Origin: an uncultured Candidatus Cloacimonadota bacterium | Lineage (GTDB): Bacteria; Cloacimonadota; Cloacimonadia; Cloacimonadales; JAJBBL01 | DNA length: 12,186 nt | Direction: 5' to 3' | Assembly (NCBI GenBank): GCA_964610195.1 | Contig: CAZSVG010000011.1 | Coordinates: 1 to 12,186, forward strand | The notes under the pieces: model-generated | Told to the model about the DNA's origin: nothing | The model's database searches: none | The model's input: only the letters and a program-made list of their open reading frames with translations | Position numbers and translations under genes: made by a program | Shown here: piece after piece, positions 7,727 through 12,186 of the stretch | Layout: each line of letters starts with the position of its first letter | How positions within the stretch are numbered: the first letter of the stretch is position 1

Positions 7727-8983
7727 TCAGTTAACCAGAATTTCCACGTAGGAATTATCACGCAAATTACTTATCCAGCGATCAAAATATTCGATCTGCT
7801 TGGTGGTCAGAAGATGCTCTCTCAGTTCATCTCTAATCTCATCCAATCTAAAAGGTCTTTCCGGAACTGTTCCTAACTTTCCGAAAATATATAGGGTATT
7901 ACCCTCTCTGATAACGTCGGTATATTCTCCGACATTTAATGTTTCTATATAAGATTTGAACATTTCGGGATACTCATTTTCGGAAAACTCTCCGATAACT
8001 CCACCTCTGGCAGCACTTTCATCATCGGAGTTTGTAGCTGCAATCTCGGTAAAATTTTCCCCGGCCTGTAATCTGACAAGAACATTATCAATATCATTTA
8101 CCACTTGTTCGATGTCTTCTTCTGTCGGTTCGATCATTTTCAGAATATGTCTGACTCTGATATCATCCTCATCCCGTTCTTCCATTTTGATTATATGATA
8201 GCCGAAATGTGTTTCCACTACCCGGCTTATCTCTCCCGGCTTAAGGGCAAAGGCTACCTCTTCAAATTCTTTGATCATTGTTCCCGGTCCGAAAAAACCA
8301 AGATCACCTCTTCTCTGAGCACTTGGACAGTCACTTGTCTCCCGGGCCAGATTTCCAAAATCCTCACCCTCTCTGATCCGGTCGTAAACTCTGTTGATTT
8401 CGGCAAGTACTCTCCGTTTTGTTCTATCACTGGCAGTAATGTCTTTTCTGATCATTCCAATCTCTACTTTCTCAGGCCTGACTGGTAATTCCTCTAAATT
8501 TTCCTGATAATATTCGTCTATCTCTGCTTCAGTAACATGAATTCTATTCATGATCTCATTCTGGATAATCATGTCTTTTAAACGCTGTTCCCTGATCATC
8601 TGATCATAATAGTCCCTTAGATCGGAGAGTGACATTCCTACTTTTCTCAATTCTTCTCTGAGAGCAGATTCTGAGCCGAATCTGGTTATCTGGGTATTGA
8701 TTTGATTATCAATTAACTGCCGAATCCGAAATTCATCGAGTCGGTAATTTCTATCTTTAGCGGTTTGTAGAATCAACCGAGATTCTACCATCTCATTTAT
8801 GATTTCCAGATCTGTCATCCCGGATTGCATCATTCCTAATTGTTGCATCTGAATTTTCTGCATCTCCAGATCACTTTTCAGGATAACCTCTCGTCCCACT
8901 TTAGCTACTATGTAGTCAACTAATTCAGCTCCTATTAAACAACTGGTCAATATAACCAGAATGATGAAAAATAGATACTTCAT
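7727..8983 (-). CDS. surA: SurA-like periplasmic chaperone / parvulin-type peptidyl-prolyl cis-trans isomerase.
   Basis: It has a signal peptide and a SurA N-terminal domain (VDYIVAKVGREVILKSDL). A canonical parvulin domain follows, with RHIL, RRGDLGFFGPGTMIKEFEEVAF and THFGYHIIK. A SurA-type C-terminal segment completes it. Confidence 0.85.
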   Translation of the reverse strand: MKYLFFIILVILTSCLIGAELVDYIVAKVGREVILKSDLEMQKIQMQQLGMMQSGMTDLEIINEMVESRLILQTAKDRNYRLDEFRIRQLIDNQINTQITRFGSESALREELRKVGMSLSDLRDYYDQMIREQRLKDMIIQNEIMNRIHVTEAEIDEYYQENLEELPVRPEKVEIGMIRKDITASDRTKRRVLAEINRVYDRIREGEDFGNLARETSDCPSAQRRGDLGFFGPGTMIKEFEEVAFALKPGEISRVVETHFGYHIIKMEERDEDDIRVRHILKMIEPTEEDIEQVVNDIDNVLVRLQAGENFTEIAATNSDDESAARGGVIGEFSENEYPEMFKSYIETLNVGEYTDVIREGNTLYIFGKLGTVPERPFRLDEIRDELREHLLTTKQIEYFDRWISNLRDNSYVEILVN

Positions 8984-8992
8984 CTCTTTCCT

Positions 8993-9817
8993 CTATTTTG
9001 ATATTATTATCTCTGTATTGCTCAACAGACTATTCACCAGATTATTGATCAGGTCCTGCCTTCTTTCTTGCATTACTTCTTCTCTCACGTCATCCATCAC
9101 TTCGGTAAATGGTCTATCAATAGTTCTGTTCCTTTTGTCGGTATAACGAACAAGATAAATTCCGTTACTTACCGGAACCCTTACAAAGCGGTATTGACTG
9201 ACATTACTCAAACTGTTCCAGATTTGGGGACCCATCTCTTCAGAAGTCTGATAACCAACAAAACCGTCTGTCTCTCTGCTTCTCTCCTGGGAGTAATTCC
9301 TGGCAGCTTGAGCAAAAGTTAGATTATCATTAACTATCATTGTCGCCACTGAATCAGCCATGGTATTATTATTTAACAAGATTCTCTGGATTCTGTATTC
9401 TTCACGCTCTGTTGTATATCTGCTTTTGTGTATTTGATAGTGATTGAAGACCTCTGATTCGGTTAGCTCTATATCATTAATAACAGAAGCCAGCAAAGCA
9501 TTGGCTTTGATCCTCTTTTCAGCAATCCTGATCCTTTCCCGGACCTCAGGATACTCATCTATTCCTCTTTTATGAGCTTCCTGGGCCAAAACCGTTAATT
9601 TGATAAGGTCCTCTATTTTCTCTCTTAATTCAGCATCACTTAACCCCTCAAGGGAGGTTAGATCGGTAAATTCCAATATCGAATTGAGAGTTAAAACCTC
9701 TCTGTTAACTGTAGCAATAATCTCCTGGTCATCAGGATGTTGATCTCTGCTGCAGGAGAGAATCACTAACCCTGTTATTAATACTAACAGGCAAAATAAA
9801 CTCTTTTTCTTCATCAT
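8993..9817 (-). CDS. SurA/PrsA-like lipoprotein with a degenerate, probably catalytically inactive, parvulin domain.
   Basis: It has a lipoprotein signal with lipobox LSC-S and a SurA-N-like helical region. The C-terminal parvulin-like fold (FAQAARNYSQ...GFVGYQT...PVSNGIYLVRY) has both catalytic His positions replaced (QRILL for HIL, IYLV for YHII). A 9-nt gap separates it from surA. Confidence 0.65.
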   Translation of the reverse strand: MMKKKSLFCLLVLITGLVILSCSRDQHPDDQEIIATVNREVLTLNSILEFTDLTSLEGLSDAELREKIEDLIKLTVLAQEAHKRGIDEYPEVRERIRIAEKRIKANALLASVINDIELTESEVFNHYQIHKSRYTTEREEYRIQRILLNNNTMADSVATMIVNDNLTFAQAARNYSQERSRETDGFVGYQTSEEMGPQIWNSLSNVSQYRFVRVPVSNGIYLVRYTDKRNRTIDRPFTEVMDDVREEVMQERRQDLINNLVNSLLSNTEIIISK

Positions 9818-11079
9818 TGCGGCTCAAAAGGCAGGGTATAAATTACTCTCAGATATGGTTTTTTACTTTCATCGAGAGTATTAGGCGGATAGAAAGAGAT
9901 AAAGCTGTTGTCTTTATTCTCCAACGAAGAACTTATCACCAGACCGTAATTATCTTTCAGTTCCGATATATGAGATTGCACTATGGAGGTTATGTTTACA
10001 GCTACCGAATCCGCCGTTTCACTGATTATAGATGTATAAGTGGGATTAACTATTCCCATATTTTCTACAGCAATCGGTAAACTACCAATCTCTTCAGGAG
10101 AAAATTCATTGATCAGATAGTAGGGATAGATTTGAAAGAGCTGCTCAGCAAAATGTGAAGCTTCATTTTGGGTCTGCTTAAAAAGGATTAGTTCTGCTTT
10201 ATTAACTGTTATCTTCTTTAGATCATCATCTTCCGGAAGAGGATTGAAATATTCACTTTGCAGGTTTAACTTCACCACACTTCTCGTGGGAACTATATTT
10301 CCCACTAAAATCTCTTCCTCAATGTAATAACCATCAACAGGTTGTTTGGAATTGATAAAACTGTTATAAATAGGCATTCTTTCATAGGTAACAAAAGTTG
10401 TGTCTCCGGGAGCAGCCAGATATTCAAATTTCAGAACCGGTCCGTCTGATGTTTCTCTGGAAAAGAACTCCACATAGGAATTGTTATTATTTTCAGCTAA
10501 ATCAGCAAAAATGGCCAGACCATAAGTTTCCGGAGTATCCTTTATCCAACCCTGAATCAAATCGGTCATCAGATCCATGGGAAGATTTACCGTGAGAGTA
10601 CTGTCTGTTTCACTTATCTGTTGAACTATCTCCTCCAGAATGGTCATATTACTGTAATCATCCCAGCTTTGATGCCATAACGAATCCTGACCGGATTTCT
10701 CCCAGCTAACATGGAGAGGGTCCCAAATCTGGGAAATAGTTCCGAATCTGAGATTCATTCCTTCACTATTATAGTGTTTGTTCATAGTCAGGATGAGTTG
10801 GGGATCTTCCTGCAACACAAAATTACTGTCAGGAAGATTACTGAACCTGATCAGGGTAATAGACTCATTTCCCCGAAAATTACCCACAATGCTTTTAGTG
10901 TTTCGGATAAAATTTCCTGTCTCATTTTCATAAGCATAATAATATTCAAATAGATCTTCCGCTCTAATATCAACTAAATATGGGTGAAGATCAGTTCCTT
11001 CACCTATGACATTTTTTTTATCTGAACATCCTGAAATTAAGATCAAAATCAGGATGCTTATTACAATAACTACTCTCAT
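9814..11079 (-). CDS. Hypothetical lipoprotein of 421 aa.
   Basis: Signal peptide plus lipobox (ILISGC-SD). No motif I can place confidently. Possibly a Bacteroidota/FCB-type DUF lipoprotein. Its TGA stop overlaps the downstream ATG in ATGATGA, a 4-nt overlap that indicates translational coupling. Confidence 0.55.
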   Translation of the reverse strand: MRVVIVISILILILISGCSDKKNVIGEGTDLHPYLVDIRAEDLFEYYYAYENETGNFIRNTKSIVGNFRGNESITLIRFSNLPDSNFVLQEDPQLILTMNKHYNSEGMNLRFGTISQIWDPLHVSWEKSGQDSLWHQSWDDYSNMTILEEIVQQISETDSTLTVNLPMDLMTDLIQGWIKDTPETYGLAIFADLAENNNNSYVEFFSRETSDGPVLKFEYLAAPGDTTFVTYERMPIYNSFINSKQPVDGYYIEEEILVGNIVPTRSVVKLNLQSEYFNPLPEDDDLKKITVNKAELILFKQTQNEASHFAEQLFQIYPYYLINEFSPEEIGSLPIAVENMGIVNPTYTSIISETADSVAVNITSIVQSHISELKDNYGLVISSSLENKDNSFISFYPPNTLDESKKPYLRVIYTLPFEPQ

Positions 11080-11127
11080 TCTATTAATAGTTCCTTTTAG
11101 ATATATTTTTAGTAATAGTATTAGGTT

Positions 11128-11145
11128 TGGTGGATAGGGGGATAA
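11128..11145 (+). promoter_or_regulatory. Degenerate double DnaA-box module, GGTGGATAG at 11128-11136 followed after a 1-nt gap by GGGGATAA at 11138-11145.
   Basis: The two half-boxes have 2 mismatches each to TGTGGATAA. They share the extended ...GGATAAGTC context with the module at 11310-11326. Confidence 0.4.
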
Positions 11146-11203
11146 GTCAAGCTTAATGTTCGTAAGTTGTTACTTAAGTATGTTTTTATGCTTTCGGGAA
11201 GGG

Positions 11204-11212
11204 TGTGCATAA
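11204..11212 (+). promoter_or_regulatory. DnaA box with 1 mismatch (TGTGCATAA).
   Basis: It differs from the TGTGGATAA consensus at position 5. Confidence 0.45.
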
Positions 11213-11242
11213 CTTGTGTATATTTTTTTCCTCTCCTCTCTC

Positions 11243-11251
11243 TTATCCACA
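11243..11251 (-). promoter_or_regulatory. Perfect DnaA box (TTATCCACA on the plus strand).
   Basis: Exact 9-mer consensus in the opposite orientation to the 11318-11326 box, preceded by a CT-rich and T-rich tract. Confidence 0.6.
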
Positions 11252-11309
11252 TCTCTTTAGCAGCATTAATCATTGAATCTATTTCTCAACAACTATTAAC
11301 AAACAGCAA

Positions 11310-11326
11310 TGTGGATATGTGGATAA
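11310..11326 (+). promoter_or_regulatory. Tandem head-to-tail DnaA boxes: TGTGGATAT (1 mismatch) overlapping a perfect TGTGGATAA.
   Basis: The boxes occupy 11310-11318 and 11318-11326, located 40 nt below the dnaA stop codon. Confidence 0.6.
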
Positions 11327-11365
11327 GTCGATTTGAGTTCATTGATATCTAAGATAGTCAAGGAG

Positions 11366-12186
11366 TTAGCTTACTGTGCGGATGTCTTTGATGATTTTTT
11401 CTAATTGAATGCGAAAATTGACATCATTCCGGAATAATTTTTCGACATGTTTCTTAGCATGTAAAACGGTAGTATGATCTTTTCTTTGATAGTAAAGGGC
11501 GATATCTTTCAGCGAGAGTTGAGGGATCAGAAGATTGGTCAGATACATCGCTACCTGTCTGGGGAATACTATATTCTTCTTTCTCGTATTACCAAGTAAT
11601 TGACCCGGCGTAAGACTGAAATGAGCACAGACTTTGTTCATGACACTGTTAATATTGATATCAATGATCTTGTCCGAGATCATATCATTCAATATCTCCT
11701 GGCAGAGAACTTTATCGATCTCATCAGGATTGAGATTATTATAAGAGCAATAAGCAAGGATCCTGATCAAGGAACCCTCCAGAGCCCTGACATTGCTGCT
11801 GATGTTTTCAGCCACGTATTCGAAAATATCTTCACTGAGAATGATATTCTCGGTTTCGGCCTTCTTTTTAAGAATGGCCATTCTGGTCTCGAAATCGGGA
11901 GTTTTCAGATCGGCCAGAAGTCCACATTCAAATCTGGTAACCAGTCTCTTCTCCAGGTCCTGGATATCTTTGGGAGGACGGTCACTGGTCATTACTATCT
12001 GCCGTTTGCTTTCATAAAGAGTATTGAACGTGTGGAAGAACTCTTCCTGGATACCCTCTTTCTTGGCCAGAAAATGAACATCGTCGATCAACAAAATATC
12101 GATATTACGATATTTACTCCTAAAATCAGGCATGGTATGATTTCTGATAGCATCGATCATTTGATTGGTGAACTCTTCAGCGGTTA
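11366..12186 (-). CDS. dnaA: Chromosomal replication initiator DnaA, partial. The C-terminal ~273 aa are in the window and the N-terminus lies beyond the 3' edge.
   Basis: The ORF-track start is artificial, since the frame stays open to the window edge (...TAEEFTNQMIDAIRNH...). The AAA+ region matches E. coli DnaA along its length (IDILLIDDVHFLAKKEGIQEEFFHTFNTLYESKRQIVMTSDRPPKDI, SNVRALEG). The domain IV signature QRKDHTTVLHAKKHVE is present. Confidence 0.95.
   Translation of the reverse strand, partial: TAEEFTNQMIDAIRNHTMPDFRSKYRNIDILLIDDVHFLAKKEGIQEEFFHTFNTLYESKRQIVMTSDRPPKDIQDLEKRLVTRFECGLLADLKTPDFETRMAILKKKAETENIILSEDIFEYVAENISSNVRALEGSLIRILAYCSYNNLNPDEIDKVLCQEILNDMISDKIIDININSVMNKVCAHFSLTPGQLLGNTRKKNIVFPRQVAMYLTNLLIPQLSLKDIALYYQRKDHTTVLHAKKHVEKLFRNDVNFRIQLEKIIKDIRTVS

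Noticed and set aside
8105-8488. Plus-strand 127-aa ORF, the longest antisense ORF. The 80-aa ORF at 7956-8198 belongs to the same group.
   Set aside because: Both lie antisense inside the well-supported surA-like gene. No motif or RBS is present.
11167-11352. Plus-strand 61-aa ORF spanning the DnaA-box region.
   Set aside because: It has no SD. It runs across the DnaA boxes and T-rich tracts and has a hydrophobic low-complexity translation. The region is better explained as non-coding origin-like DNA.
1-12186. CRISPR arrays, tRNA or rRNA genes, and IS or transposase remnants.
   Set aside because: There are no regularly spaced direct repeats. No intergenic segment is GC-rich enough to form a cloverleaf. 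No transposase- or integrase-like ORF appears on either strand.

Overview
This AT-rich bacterial chromosomal window holds 14 genes, all on the minus strand, and most of them begin downstream of a GGAGG-type Shine-Dalgarno sequence. The right end carries the 3' part of dnaA, which runs off the 3' edge of the window. Below dnaA lies a 286-bp AT-rich intergenic region with a structured cluster of DnaA boxes, a candidate oriC or oriC half. Next comes a tightly packed, probably co-transcribed string: a hypothetical lipoprotein, a SurA-like protein whose parvulin domain has lost its catalytic histidines, a canonical SurA-like peptidyl-prolyl isomerase and pgpA. After a 125-nt gap the string continues with yajC, def, fmt and a DUF116-like Cys-rich membrane protein. 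A FAH-family hydrolase follows. Below it is a two-gene Family-1 encapsulin operon: a ferritin-like cargo (EncFtn) with a C-terminal SDLGIGKLK targeting peptide, then the HK97-fold shell protein, closed by a clean rho-independent terminator. The left 2.2 kb is the 5' part of a large secreted FG-GAP/VCBS beta-propeller protein with FN3-like domains, which runs off the 5' edge. The ORF track omits it because its stop lies outside the window. I found no rRNA, tRNA, CRISPR array or mobile element. Every plus-strand ORF in the track is antisense to one of these genes and is rejected.
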